This document shows positions 12,001 through 24,542 of a stretch of DNA of 51,343 nt, piece by piece. This DNA is from Octopus bimaculoides (taxonomy: Eukaryota), in the NCBI RefSeq assembly GCF_001194135.2, contig NC_069008.1:210799-262141 (forward strand). Reading direction: 5' to 3'. Numbering within the stretch: the first letter of the stretch is position 1; every line of letters starts with the position of its first letter. Under the pieces are notes generated by a model. That model searched no databases and was not told the DNA's origin. It worked only from the letters and a program-made list of their open reading frames with translations. The translations under genes and the position numbers were made by a program.

Positions 12001-13109
12001 AGTAATAGTAGTCTACGAAATCTACTGACAAGGCTATGGAGGCAAACATTTGCGTAAGGTGCCACACTGTGGGACTGATCCTGAAACCATGTGGTTGGGA
12101 AGGAAGCTTGTTACCGCCCAGCTATGTCGGTTGGATTAAGCTTTCCATCAGATGGACAGATTTGTTTTCCTTTAAAAGTTTTCCGTATGGGTTTGGTTGA
12201 TGGTGGGAACTGGATCAATGGAAGAGGGCATGGGTGGAAAGGGAAGGAATCTGCTAAATAGTTTGATGCTATGAAGGGGCGGTGGGGGAGCAGCATTGAT
12301 GTTGACATCCAACATGTTGGTGTAATCTAATCACCATCCAGACGACAACAACAGCAACAACAACACTTGCCTTTCCTCCTTTGCTGGTCAGCATATCAAC
12401 AACATAAGCACTACTTTTCACAACCTCCAGCCTTGCCACGTTGACCACCACCATGGACATTGCCACTAGCACATTTGCTTTGGCTTCTAGAAACACCACA
12501 ACCATCAGCAACAGCAACAACAACTCTTTTATAGGACCTGGTTTCCTTAGAAGAAAACCAAAGAAACATGATCAGTGGAGAAAAGCTCTTCAACAGAGGA
12601 GAGAGAAAAAGACTCAGCTTGCTCTTCCTTCAGAAAGGATGTAAAGAACTGCCAAAAGAAAATCAATTTTACAATGGAATGATTCTGAATGCATCACACA
12701 TCCAAGGAACGGTTATGGATATTGTCTTTATAACCCAAGGCAGTCTGGTTCAGTAGAAGTGAGCTTGTTCACAGAAGCCTTGGCACAGAAACATCCATTG
12801 GTTTAGCGCACACAGGTGGACCTACTTTCCCTTTCATAGTTTGGCCAACATGTGGTAAAAATTGCTGCCTCAAGTAAAAAAAAGAATGAAAAAAGAAAAT
12901 AAAACAGCTTAGAGAAACTGGTACCAAACCATTAAACCAATCAGATGTCAACGGTTATCTTGAACTTACAATAAAATATCTTGCAGACGTTGAGGGAGAT
13001 GAATCAATTAGTTTCCTCAAAGACCAAGGTTGGTAACCCCACCCCATGGGCTGTACTTAGAGTTTTGTATATAAATGTGCAGAGTCAGGAGTCAGCTTGG
13101 AAATAAAGC

Positions 13110-13930
13110 TCTTTGTTCAATTACCTCAGGTCACTAGACTTAGATGTGGTCGCCATCAGCAAGACCAAGATCTTTGGAGTGCATTCACTCATGTCCATTT
13201 CCAGTGACTCTGAGATACTCTCATCTTGTGGTTTGGCAGGATTGGATAATGAGGTGGCTGTATTATTTCAGTAACCTTTGAATTTCAAGGTATGGGTAAT
13301 CTTCTTGGGCCAGAGGGTAAATTAATGGTCTTGGATGTGAACAGTAGTGAAAATGGTGCCTTTAGACTAGTAACTGGAAAGTCAAATTTCTTCAAAGACC
13401 TAGAGGCATTTCTGGGGAGGAGCTGATTACTGTTACTAGTCAAGGATTAGAACTGTATTTTAGATGCACAGAAAGACTGTGTGTGACTAGCACCTAGGAA
13501 GATGGAGTACAAAAGCCTTGGAAACCTGCTCAGAAGTTTCCAGTTACAAGTGACAAATGGATTTTGTCTGATGTGTGGGTTTAGCCATGGAGCAACCACA
13601 GTAGGTCATCCTGATCATATCTAAGGTAGAATATTTATTAGGTCAGTGGTAAGGAACAGCTTAAGACATCCTTGATTCAAACTGGTTGGCTACACAAACC
13701 ATAAATTTATGACTGGCTCAGTCAATTTATAAAGGACCCAGTTATTGGAGGCTGGATGCTACCTTACTGGCACAAAAACTATAAGGCTTAGTTAAGTGAA
13801 TTAGTTAAGGACCAGTTGATGGGTGCCCTGGAAAAGGGAATTAGAATAGAATCAGTAGATTTTAGTGAAGAGCTAGCAGCAGAAAAAACTAGATTAGGGG
13901 GCCAACTAGGATTAGTGGGAGAACAATTTA
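13110..13930 (+). mobile_element. Decayed L1/Tx1-clade LINE, apurinic endonuclease region
   Basis: Frame-broken translation LFNYLRSLDLDVVAISKTK...FFKDLEAFLG...NCILDAQKD...YWRLDA, typical of the Tx1 endonuclease region. Confidence 0.65.
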
Positions 13931-14079
13931 GCAATCTAAAAGGCATCAATATTTCTTTCATTCAACAGGGAGAAATTAAAAATCTTGGATGCGAGAAGCA
14001 GCTGTCATTTCTGACACTGACATCATCATCATCAGCAGCAGCAACCTGCCGGGGTTTCTGTGTCACTAATTTCACCATA

Positions 14080-14460
14080 GGCACAAGCGTGGCTGTGTGG
14101 TAAGTAGCTTGCTTACCAGCCATATGGTTCCAGGTTCAGTCACACTGTGGCACCTTGGGCAAGTGTCTTCTACTATAGCCTCAAGCCAACCAGAGCCTTG
14201 TAAGTGGATTTGGTAGATGGAAATTGAAAGAAGCCCGTTGTATATGTATATATATTTGTGTGTCTGTGTTTGCCTCCCCCACCACCATTGCTTGACAACC
14301 AGCATTGATGTGTTTACATTCCTGTAATTTAGCGGTTCAGCAAAAGAGAATGATAGAATAAGTACTAGGCTCACAAATAATAAGTCCTGGGAAGCAGTTT
14401 GCTCGACTAAAAGGTTGTGCTCCAGCATGGCCACAGTCAAATAATTGAAACAAGTAATAA
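14080..14460 (+). mobile_element. Full-length tRNA-derived CORE-like SINE, family B (resembles octopus OR-type SINEs)
   Basis: tRNA-like head GGCTGTGTGGTAAG...GGTTCAGTC, CORE-like CACCTTGGGCAAGTGTCTT, tail CCAGCATGGCCACAGTCAAAT..GAAACAAGTA. Many copies in the window. Confidence 0.75.
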
Positions 14461-14739
14461 AGATATAAGAAAAAAAGAATGACAATCTGTAAACCAGAGA
14501 AACCAATGTAAAAGAAGATGGCAGACCCCTACCATTCCGTGTCAACAGGTTTCATCTTTTTCTCTCTTTCCATTTACCCCCTCCCATCATCCTTCATATA
14601 ATAAGGGGCAGCCATGTATCTCCCCTGTACCAAGGCAATTATGTGTCGCCAACAATTTAACCACACAAAACTTGGCACAAGCATTGCAAGATGCAGCAGC
14701 GTTGCGAGATGCAGCAGCGTTGCAGCTGTTGCTAGGAGA

Positions 14740-14951
14740 AGGTATTTACTTTGAGATGTTCTGTGTTTCTTTCAATTAATTTTAAATATAACAAAGAATT
14801 AAGTAAAATAACTTTGTTGTCATTAAGCTAGTGTTAGGAACATAAATTGTGACTAAGGTTTGGTGGAAGATTTTAATTCAAAACTTACGAAAACAAGACA
14901 TTTGTTCTACAGAGCCGGAGGTGGGTTTAGCTGGGTCAGTATCAAGGTTAA
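14740..14951. mobile_element. Possible piggyBac-type non-autonomous element remnant
   Basis: AT-rich repeat-like segment ending in ...atcaaggTTAA. The opposite terminus is not clear. Confidence 0.3.
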
Positions 14952-15576
14952 CAGAAGGAATGGTCACAACTGGAATGTCCCAGATCAGATCTGTTTAATC
15001 AGATTTGATCTGGAGTTAAAGAACAACTCAAAGCCTAGTTTTTTTTTTTTGTTGGGTGGGGGTATGTCCAGTTTCCTTTTCTTTGCCTCTCAAAGGTATT
15101 CATTNNNNNNNNNNNNNNNNNNNNNNNNNNNNNNNNNNNACGTAACTCTTCTGATTTCAATCACACATTTCCTCCCATGATTTTCGCCCAAAGCACCACC
15201 AGGCTGCAGGTTTCTGGAAATTGGGGTAGTAAACTGACAGAGACTTTAGAAAGTTGGATAAAATGCCTTGCACTGGGAGTTCAAACCCTGCCTTGATCAA
15301 CTTTGCTTTCCCAGAGTGGATCCTTGCATTGCAAGTTCAACTCCTATCTTGATCAACTTTAATTTTCATCCTATCATCTTTTTTTTTTTAGATTTGCTTC
15401 AGTCATTTGACTGTGGCCATGCTGGGGCAGCACTGCCTTGAAGAATTTTTAGTCAAATGAATCGACACTTGTACTTATGTTTCATTAAGCCTGTCACTTC
15501 TATCAGTCTCGCTGCCTTCCTGCACTTAATAATAATAATAATGATAATAATAATAATATTTAACTCCTCCAGAAAG

Positions 15577-15801
15577 TAAAGAAACAATAAAGAAGAGTGT
15601 GACTGTTATCGAATGAACAATATTTCAACATCTCGTGTGTCTTCTACAAGTTCAAAATAAACATCTCGGTCTACTTCAGTTTGGTTAATATTACCCAAAT
15701 GAAGTAGAGTGAGATGTTTATTTTGAACTTGTAGAAGACATACGAGATGTCGAAATATTGTTCATTCGATAACAGTCACACTCTTCTTTATTGTTTCTTT
15801 A
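15577..15801. repeat. Near-perfect hairpin, ~110-bp arms and 7-nt loop (TAATATT)
   Basis: aaagaaacaataaagaagagtgtgactgttatcgaatgaacaatattt... is mirrored by ...aaatattgttcattcgataacagtcacactcttctttattgtttcttt. Confidence 0.85.
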
Positions 15802-15901
15802 ATAATAATAATAATAATAATGATAAATATTTCTCCTGTTTGGCTATTTTTATTTTCCAAGGGATAAACGTATTATTTGTTTGAAATCTTTAATTTTCCA
15901 G

Positions 15902-16022
15902 GAAAGTGAGGACGTGACAAACGAGAAGAACAACATTCTCCAAGAATCCAAAACTTTCATGAAAGATTTCCAAAGAATATCAGAAGGAAACCTAATGTCC
16001 GGCACTGTGCCAGATATCAGAG
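15902..16022 (+). CDS. FAM186-like gene exon 4 (ESEDVTNEKNNILQESK...VPDIR); may extend to 16075
   Basis: ttttccag acceptor. The donor at 16023 (gtgatg, phase 1) fits the next visible exon; an alternative phase-0 donor lies at 16076. Confidence 0.7.
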
Positions 16023-17807
16023 GTGATGCTGTGGAGAGCATGCCTCACATACAGGAAGGATACTCTGCAGATGAGGTTGGGAAAGTTAAATTCTTATTGT
16101 CACTGTTGTTGTTGGTGGTGTTAACGTGTTCATGTTACAGTTGACCCATAAATGTGTGTGTGCGTATGCTTGCTTCCCAACCACATGGTTCTGGGTTCAG
16201 TCTCACTGCATGGCACCTTGGGCAAGTTTCTTCTGCGATAGCTTTAGGCTAACCAAAACCATGTGAGTGGATTTGGTAGAGGGAAACTGAAAGAAGCCCA
16301 TTGTATATATTTATGTGTGTGTGTGTGTTTGCCTCACCTCATCACTTGACAACTGATGTTGGTGTGTTTATGGTGACTGAGCGGTTCAGCAAAAGAGTCC
16401 AATAGAATAAGTACTAGGCTTACAAAGAATAAATCCTGGGGCCAATTTGTTCGACTAAAAGCGGTGCCCCAGCGTGGCCACAGACACGCAGGCAAGCAGA
16501 CAGGTAGACAGGCAAGCAGACAGGTAGACAGGCAAGCAGACAGAGACAGACAGATGGGCAGACAGGCAGAAAAACAGACAGGCAGACAGATAGATAAGTA
16601 GACATAGAGGCACCTGATAGAAACATTAACCCCTCCCCCCCACCACCATAGATGTGTTGTGGTGACCTTCATTCATAATGTGGAAAGCATGTCTTGGTCA
16701 AAGGGAAATATTAAGAAGGGGTGGGGGATGGTGATGATGATGATAAGGACCGTGTTGGTGTCNNNNNNNNNNNNNNNNNNNNNNNNNNNNNNNNNNNNNN
16801 NNNNNNNNNNNNNNNNNNNNNNNNNNNNNNNNNNNNNNNNNNNNNNNNNNNNNNNNNNNNNNNNNNNNNNNNNNNNNNNNNNNNNNNNNNNNNNNNNNNN
16901 NNNNNNNNNNNNNNNNNNNNNNNNNNNNNNNNNNNNNNNNNNNNNNNNNNNNNNNNNNNNNNNNNNNNNNNNNNNNNNNNNNNNNNNNNNNNNNNNNNNN
17001 NNNNNNNNNNNNNNNNNNNNNNNNNNNNNNNNNNNNNNNNNNNNNNNNNNNNNNNNNNNNNNNNNNNNNNNNNNNNNNNNNNNNNNNNNNNNNNNNNNNN
17101 NNNNNNNNNNNNNNNNNNNNNNNNNNNNNNNNNNNNNNNNNNNNNNNNNNNNNNNNNNNNNNNNNNNNNNNNNNNNNNNNNNNNNNNNNNNNNNNNNNNN
17201 NNNNNNNNNNNNNNNNNNNNNNNNNNNNNNNNNNNNNNNNNNNNNNNNNNNNNNNNNNNNNNNNNNNNNNNNNNNNNNNNNNNNNNNNNNNNNNNNNNNN
17301 NNNNNNNNNNNNNNNNNNNNNNNNNAGGGTAAAATTAAAATGAGATGTTTGAGGGGCCCACCTGGGCCGTGATCTTGGATTGAAAAGGAGAAGCACCTGT
17401 AGCAAATTCTTCACCTTTGAAATGGACAATGGACTAATCCTTGCTTGAATCCCCTGAATTCTTTATTTCGATTTACTCTTTTTTACTTGTTTCAGTCATT
17501 TGACTGCGGCCATGCTGGAGCACCGCCTTTAGTCGAGAAAATCGACCCCAGGACTTATTCTTTGTAAGCCTAGTACTTATTCTATTGGTCTCTTTTTGCC
17601 GAACCACTAAGTTACGGGAACGTAAACACACCGGCATCGGTTGTCAAGTGATTGTGGGGGGACAAACACACACACACATATATATATATATATATGTATA
17701 TATATACATACATATACACACACACACACACACACGTGTGTGTAATTGAATGCATGTATATATATGTTTATATAGTCTGTTTATGCAATCTGATTTTTGC
17801 TTTGAAG

Positions 17808-17937
17808 CTGATCAAAGACAGGAGAATCTTACAAATGGACAGCGTCCAGTTGGGGAGATGAGAATGGTTGTTGACCAGGGTGTTTCATGTAAGCTGGAAG
17901 CAGAGATCTCTGAGTTCAATTCTGTTGAGGAAGTCAG
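17808..17937 (+). CDS. FAM186-like gene exon 5 (DQRQENLTNG...NSVEEVR)
   Basis: tttgaag acceptor, gtatga donor; phase 1 to 2. Confidence 0.7.
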
Positions 17938-17984
17938 GTATGAGAGTCTCCTTTTTTGCTGTTGTTTTTGTTGTTTAATGTCAG

Positions 17985-18305
17985 GTCAGTCCTGAAACTG
18001 TAGACCGGTGACCATGGTGTTCCAACTATGATCATCCTGTGATTTATTCACACCTAAGTGTATCTAGGACTACATTATCTAAAATGTCTTTCTTTGTTGT
18101 TGTTGCTTGACCCCAGGTCATTATTGAACCAGTAACCTCATGGTCAAAGGTGTTCCAACTGTGACCATCATGTGATTCATTCAGTTCTATGTCTATCTAG
18201 GACTACATTATCTAATTTTGATCATAGGTCTGCTGGATCAGAACTGACCTGGGGTTAAACGACAGCAAGTTAAAGACACTTTAGGTAATTGTAGTCCTAG
18301 ATAGA
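17985..18305. repeat. ~125-bp family D repeat: two reverse units followed by a forward permuted unit
   Basis: Matches GGATAATGTAGTCCTAGATACAC...GGATGGTCACA..TGGAACA...GACTGACCTGGGGCTAAACAAC, also seen at 18690, 24963 and 50800. Confidence 0.7.
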
Positions 18306-18341
18306 CTAATGCTAATTTTGTAATCTTCCTGCTTTCACTAG

Positions 18342-18457
18342 AAACACCTCCAGCTTGCCAGACGTAAGAGATGCAGGAGTCCCAATATGGCTGACCAAGA
18401 TGGTGGGAATTCTGACGAATTACAAGAAGAAGATGGAGACATTCTTGAAGTTACAAG
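18342..18457 (+). CDS. FAM186-like gene exon 6 (NTSSLPDVRDAGVPIWLTKMVGILTNYKKKMETFLKLQ)
   Basis: ttcactag acceptor, gtagga donor; phase 2 to 1. Confidence 0.85.
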
Positions 18458-18803
18458 GTAGGACATAATGCACCATTTTTCACACATACATACAACACCC
18501 ACCAATCCACATGACCACCACCCTCCAGTCACAACTTCACCCTCATCCCCATTGACACGCTCCAGCATCCACCCTTCCTCTTACGAGGTCATTCAAGCAG
18601 CTAGAAATAGCAGCCAAACATCGTTCACATCACTACTATTATTAGAAAATAGAGTCCGTCGTCTACAGAATGTCTGGATGGTCACAAACAGAACCGTTTT
18701 GATCATGGTTCTGTTGGGTCAGGATTGACCTTGGGCTAAACGACAGCAACAAGTAAGGACACATTGGATAACGTAGTCCTTGATACTTACCTCTGACCCT
18801 CAA

Positions 18804-18837
<34 letters not shown>

Positions 18838-18900
18838 CAATTCTTTATTTAACCGTTACTGATATCTTGTGTCTACTCATATATCCTATCACCCCTCTAG

Positions 18901-19017
18901 ATATAGACTCTGCCAATGACCTGCTCTCAGATCTTGACCCCAAGGTTAGTGACCAGAAAGCTGTAACACAGAAATTGGCTGAAGACATGACCCTTACAGT
19001 TGAAAAGTTCCTATCTG
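18901..19017 (+). CDS. FAM186-like gene exon 7 (DIDSANDLLSDLDPK...VEKFLS)
   Basis: ccctctag acceptor, gtaaga donor; phase 1 to 1. Confidence 0.85.
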
Positions 19018-19361
19018 GTAAGATCTTCACATAATCTGTCTGTGTGTCTCTCTATTTTATCTTTCTAGTTATAACATCAATCATAATTTTCTTCATTTAT
19101 TGTTTATTTCATTTTCAAACAACAATTAATCACTCCCCACCTCCTCTTAAGAAAACAAGTCTTGACCACTCAATTTCTAAAAACATTTATAGTGGTGATT
19201 TGTGGTCACAGTTGGCCGAACTTGTCATGCTACCAGAACTAAAGGATATTATCATATGTTTCTTGCAGGAAAAAGGAAAATAAACTATGAATGTTAATCT
19301 TAATTTTAATTTAATTTTTTTAATAGTTCTTTTCTCCTTACAAATTCCATTTTCGTACATA

Positions 19362-19593
19362 TTTTTGAACCAGTTGAAGACACACGAGATGTCGAAATAT
19401 CGTTCACCAGATAACAAATGGCACTCTTCTTTTAATTTTGACTCTATATCTTCAGGAGGAGTTACCTCAATCCTTTCTAAATTAACCAAAATGAAGTAGA
19501 TTGACAAATTTATTTTTTGAACCAGTTGAAGACACACGAGATGTCGAAATATCGTTCACCAGATAACAAATGGCACTCTTCTTTTAATTTTGA
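19362..19593. repeat. Exact 80-bp direct repeat (19362-19441 / 19514-19593), same family as the 15577 hairpin
   Basis: Identical copies offset by 152 bp; they share gaagacacacgagatgtcgaaatat with the hairpin arms. Confidence 0.8.
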
Positions 19594-19606
19594 TTTAATA
19601 ATAATA

Positions 19607-19637
<31 letters not shown>

Positions 19638-20374
19638 TGATAATAATAATTATGATGATGATAATTGTCTATTATTCACAGTTTACCTTCTCTCTCTCTC
19701 TCGTCACCNNNNNNNNNNNNNNNNNNNNNNNNNNNNNNNNNNNNNNNNNNNNNNNNNNNNNNNNNNNNNNNNNNNNNNNNNNNNNNNNNNNNNNNNNNNN
19801 NNNNNNNNNNNNNNNNNNNNNNNNNNNNNNNNNNNNNNNNNNNNNNNNNNNNNNNNNNNNNNNNNNNNNNNNNNNNNNNNNNNNNNNNNNNNNNNNNNNN
19901 NNNNNNNNNNNNNNNNNNNNNNNNNNNNNNNNNNNNNNNNNNNNNNNNNNNNNNNNNNNNNNNNNNNNNNNNNNNNNNNNNNNNNNNNNNNNNNNNNNNN
20001 NNNNNNNNNNNNNNNNNNNNNNNNNNNNNNNNNNNNNNNNNNNNNNNNNNNNNNNNNNNNNNNNNNNNNNNNNNNNNNNNNNNNNNNNNNNNNNNNNNNN
20101 NNNNNNNNNNNNNNNNNNNNNNNNNNNNNNNNNNNNNNNNNNNNNNNNNNNNNNNNNNNNNNNNNNNNNNNNNNNNNNNNNNNNNNNNNNNNNNNNNNNN
20201 NNNNNNNNNNNNNNNNNNNNNNNNNNNNNNNNNNNNNNNNNNNNNNNNNNNNNNNNNNNNNNNNNNNNNNNNNNNNNNNNNNNNNNNNATATATATATAT
20301 ATATATATAAGCATTATTGTTCCTAAATCTCTCAAGGAGAGACATTCAGTAACAGTACTTTAAACTAATGTAGC

Positions 20375-20540
20375 AATCCTGGTTGGGACAAATGTTACTA
20401 TTTAACCCCAGGAAACATCGTCTCCAGCTGGCTATATGACACACTATATGTGTCCTTATATTTTTGAACAGGGCAGTTTGGTACCCCCACCCAGCAAGAA
20501 ACGATGGGGCTAAACAAAAGTAACATTCATCCCAACTGGG
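20375..20540. mobile_element. Short MITE-like element
   Basis: Imperfect terminal inverted repeats ggttgggacaaatgttactatttaacccca / tggggctaaacaaaagtaacattcatcccaact. Confidence 0.45.
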
Positions 20541-20707
20541 GCTGCCACACTAGGTTGGCAAATAATCTTTACTGTATATATACATATATGTGTGTGTATG
20601 TATAATGTATACATGCGTAACCTATATTTTGCAGTCAATGTCAGTTCATTGAAGAATCCAAGAAACATGAAGAAAAAGACAGGTTTGTAGTTGCTGTTGT
20701 TCTTGCT

Positions 20708-20750
<43 letters not shown>

Positions 20751-21294
20751 CAATATATATCCTCACCAAAATCAACATCATTGAACGTCCCTCTTCCATG
20801 CTGTCATTGGTTGGACGGTTCAAGAGGAGGTGGTCAGCTAGAGAGCTGTCATCTGTCTTGGCCTGGTTTTTACAGCTGGACGCCCTTCCAAATGCCAACC
20901 ACTTTACAACAGAGTGCACTGGGTGCTTTTTACATGACACCAGCACCGAAGGGGTCACCCAGTATCTTGCAGCACAAAAGCCCCTCAACTGGGAGGCCGA
21001 AGGTGTCCTGAGGGTGTGTGGTTTTGGGCCAATTGAGAGATTTAAGGTATAGAATGGATAGACAAGACATAGGTCTCTTACTGAAGAGTAGACACATGAA
21101 TACCCCAGTTTGAAAACAAAGGGGTGTGAGTTCGATCTAAGGTGTAGGTACAAAAGATGGTCAAACTCTGCTTACATACATACATGTATGTATGTATCTG
21201 TGTGTATGTATGTATGTATGTACATGCAGATTTGAATGTTTTTTGTATGTATTCTTATGCATATAGTTACATATCTAGACATGCTCATATATAT

Positions 21295-21630
21295 TTAAAT
21301 GATAAACTTTTGTAAAGTTTTACAGACTTTTACACTTCCAGTGATAGATTGGATCTGTAGTCTTCGAATAAGCTTTCTCCTTTCTAGTTTTGAGAAGCCT
21401 AATTTCTCAAGATTGCTATTTAAGCTGTGTGTTACATATCCCAGGGCCCCAATAATTACAGGTATAAACCTGAACTTGTAATCTGGATAGAGTAACTGCA
21501 GATTTCTCAATAGTTCAGCATAGATCTTCCCTTTTTCACTGATCTTCAGCTTTATGTTAACATCCGCTGGGCAGCTAATTTCCACAACTCTGCACAGTTT
21601 CTCTTCTCTATCCCAAATCATTATATCCAT
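21295..21630 (-). mobile_element. 3' end of an RLE-type non-LTR retrotransposon (R4/Dong-like), restriction-like endonuclease domain
   Basis: WDREEKLCRVVEISCPAD...KYxxL...FIPVIIGALG...KVCKTLQKFII* pattern. Confidence 0.8.
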
Positions 21631-21717
21631 TCTATCTATCTGTCTGTATGTATGTATACACATATATACACATACACACACACATATAATTTTTTTTTTT
21701 CTGTAATATTTTGCCAG

Positions 21718-21814
21718 ATATAATCACTCCATCATAGAAGATCTCCAACAAACTATCAACTTGCTGCAGCAACAAATCTCAGACCCTATCAATCCCTCTC
21801 TACTTCTCAAGGAG
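21718..21814 (+). CDS. FAM186-like gene exon 8 (YNHSIIEDLQQTINLLQQQISDPINPSLLLKE)
   Basis: ttgccag acceptor, gtaggt donor; phase 2 to 0. Confidence 0.8.
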
Positions 21815-22254
21815 GTAGGTTCATATTCACATGTATGAGGGGCTGCTGAAAAATTCCAGCCTCTCGGGTAAGTCAGATTCACACCCTTATTTGCAGCAGT
21901 CCTCTGTGTGTGCCTGAATAACCAATTGTCCAGTCATGCCTAACCATCTCCTCCCTGCTGTCCCTTTTACAATATCCACTGATCACAGTCTTTTGTCCCC
22001 TCCTCTCCCTCGTGCAATCTCTCTCTCTCTCTCTCTCCCACCCACTCCCTTCTCTCCCTCTCCCTTAGTCTGTAGAGTCTCTCCATCAGCTTCTCTCCTC
22101 CATATGTCTTCCCTATACAATGTCTCCCTCTCTCCTAATACATTCTCTCTTGTCCAAAATCTCTTCTGCATTGTCCCCTATCCTCTGGCCCCTTTCTCTA
22201 ATATAACCCTTTATTCAAACATGTAACATATGGCTGTCTGTCTTTTGTCCCCAG

Positions 22255-22365
22255 AATACACTGTCCGGCCCATCGGTCATGTTCACTCGCTTCGACATGG
22301 AACGGAACAGGAAGGCTATGAGGAAGGGACTCGCTACTCACACCGTTGACCCTCAGAAATACCAG
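22255..22365 (+). CDS. FAM186-like gene exon 9 (NTLSGPSVMFTRFDMERNRKAMRKGLATHTVDPQKYQ)
   Basis: gtccccag acceptor, gtcaga donor; 37 codons. Confidence 0.85.
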
Positions 22366-23458
22366 GTCAGAGTCACACCACCTCGTTTCTTACACACATA
22401 CTTTAGCTTTAGGTCCTCCTACACAACTCAACCCGGGGATGGGGGGGTAAACCCCCCCCCCGTCAGCTTCTATCAGTTGCTTCTCTTCTATGCCCATTGC
22501 AACCTTCACTGGCTCCAGTTCCCTTGGCCAATCCCTTTCACACTTGTTCTTACAAGATACCCAAGTCACGGTGGAAATGTGTGGCTTAATGGTTAAGGTG
22601 TTGGGTTCATGATTCTAGGATTGTGGTTTCAATTCCTGGACTGGGCAAAGCATTGTGTTCTTGAGCAAAACACTTCAATTCATATTTGGCAAATATGAGC
22701 TAACCTTGTGAGGGACTAGTGTCCTCTCCAGGTGGGGAATATATACGCCATGGAAACCAGGAAATCAAGCCTCATAAGCCTTGGAATGACTCAGGAAGGA
22801 AACTTTACTTTTGCCTTTACCTGTCCAAAGTCCTGGCAGTTTTCAAGGGCTGCCATTCATCGCTTACACAAAGAAATATGGCCACCCACGCAAAATCATT
22901 CATCAGTTACTATCTCTTGCAATGATCTCACAAGTCATATTGTTCTTACAGATATATACATACATACATGTATGTATACCTATCTACATACATGTATACA
23001 TACATACATGTATACATACATACATGTATGCATGTACACATATATACATGTAGGCATGAATACATACATGCATATATACATTCATGCATACACACACACA
23101 CAGATGTATTTTGTATTTTAAAAAGAGTGAAGGTGTATGGCCCAGTGGTTAGAGAGTGAGGCTCACAATCATGAGGTGGTGAGTTCGATTCCCAGGCTGG
23201 GCTTTGCACTGTGTGCTTGAGCAAGGCCCTTTATTTCATGTTGCTTCAGTTCACTCAGCTGTGGAAATGAGTTGGGACAACACTGGTGCCAAGCTGCATT
23301 GGCCCCTTTGCCTTTCCCTTGGATAACATCAATGGTGTGGTGTGGGGATGCTTGTGGGCACGGGCAACTGCTGGTCTTCCGTAAAAAACCTTGCCTGGAC
23401 TTGTACCTCGGAGGGGAACTTTCTAGGTTCAATCCCATGGCCAGTCATGACCGAAGGG

Positions 23459-23566
<108 letters not shown>

Positions 23567-23604
23567 TACAATATATGCTCTCAAACTTTCATGTATGCCT
23601 GCAG

Positions 23605-23707
23605 AACATTGTGAAACAGATGACAGAATATGTCTCCCTCCCAGAGCGATATTTCCGCCAGGTCGTTTACAGTTACCTGTGGCACTGTAACTTAAAGACA
23701 GTCTATG
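23605..23707 (+). CDS. FAM186-like gene exon 10 (NIVKQMTEYVSLPERYFRQVVYSYLWHCNLKTVY)
   Basis: cctgcag acceptor, gtatgt donor; phase 0 to 1. Confidence 0.85.
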
Positions 23708-23929
23708 GTATGTATTGGTTATGGTTGTTTTACTTCTGTTTTTCACTGCCTGTATGAGTTAGATGAATTACATATTATTGTTTTATGCCTTTCTATTACA
23801 AATATCTTCACCTTGTTTCCAAATGGGGGATATTGCATATAACTGTGGAGGGAACCTGTGGTAGTGGCAAACCCAGGAAGACATAGGACAAAGTGGTGAA
23901 GCATGATCTTTGAACCTTTAGCCTTGCAG

Positions 23930-24304
23930 ATGCAGTGATCAGTAACAAGGACCTCTGGCAATATGCTGTGCTTGGGAAGATCCGTCAAGCCAAGTGAAAT
24001 CATAGTCATGTGTGATGTTGGTGTCACATAACTGGTATGTCAAAGGCACTGTTCGAGCATTGGGCCCCATGAAAGCAAATTGGCTGAATTCTTTTGGGGT
24101 GTTGGGCCTCATAGAGGCAATAACCAAGACCTTTGGCATTATGCTATGCTTGAGAAGAAGACCCATCAAGTCGAGCAGTCATTGCCGATACCAGTGTCAT
24201 GCAAATGGCACCCGTGTCAGTGGCATGGAAAAGCATCCATTACACTATCGGAGTGGTTGGCATTAGGAAGGGCATCCAGCCGTAGAAAACCATGCCAAAT
24301 CAGC

Positions 24305-24305
<1 letters not shown>
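23930..24305 (+). mobile_element. SINE-like repeat, family C (AGGAAGGGCATCCAGCCGTAGAAA motif)
   Basis: Shared with 46080-46680 (+) and with 20790-21010 and 48000-48400 (-). Related copies end in ...GTTAAATGATGATG tails. Confidence 0.55.
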
Positions 24306-24338
<33 letters not shown>

Positions 24339-24447
24339 GTGCACGCACACACACATGTACATAGACATACATATGCACACACATGCATACGCACATGCAT
24401 GTATACAGCCCTACAACTGCATAATTCGATTGTCCCTTCATTGCTAG

Positions 24448-24542
24448 CCTATCTGACCCCTAAACCAACAGACCAGACAGGGTTGCTGAATGAAAGCCAC
24501 TACGCAACATCTTTGGCTAAGCTGGCAGCTTTACACAGAAAC
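24448..24542 (+). CDS. FAM186-like gene exon 11 (AYLTPKPTDQ...LAKLAALHRN)
   Basis: ttgctag acceptor, gtaagt donor; phase 1 to 0. Confidence 0.85.

Noticed and set aside
12330-12900. Candidate extra exon of gene 1 (DLVSLEENQRNM...)
   Set aside because: Only weak donors fit the phase, and the segment also loosely resembles a decayed RTE C-terminus ending in PTCGK. I cannot support either call.
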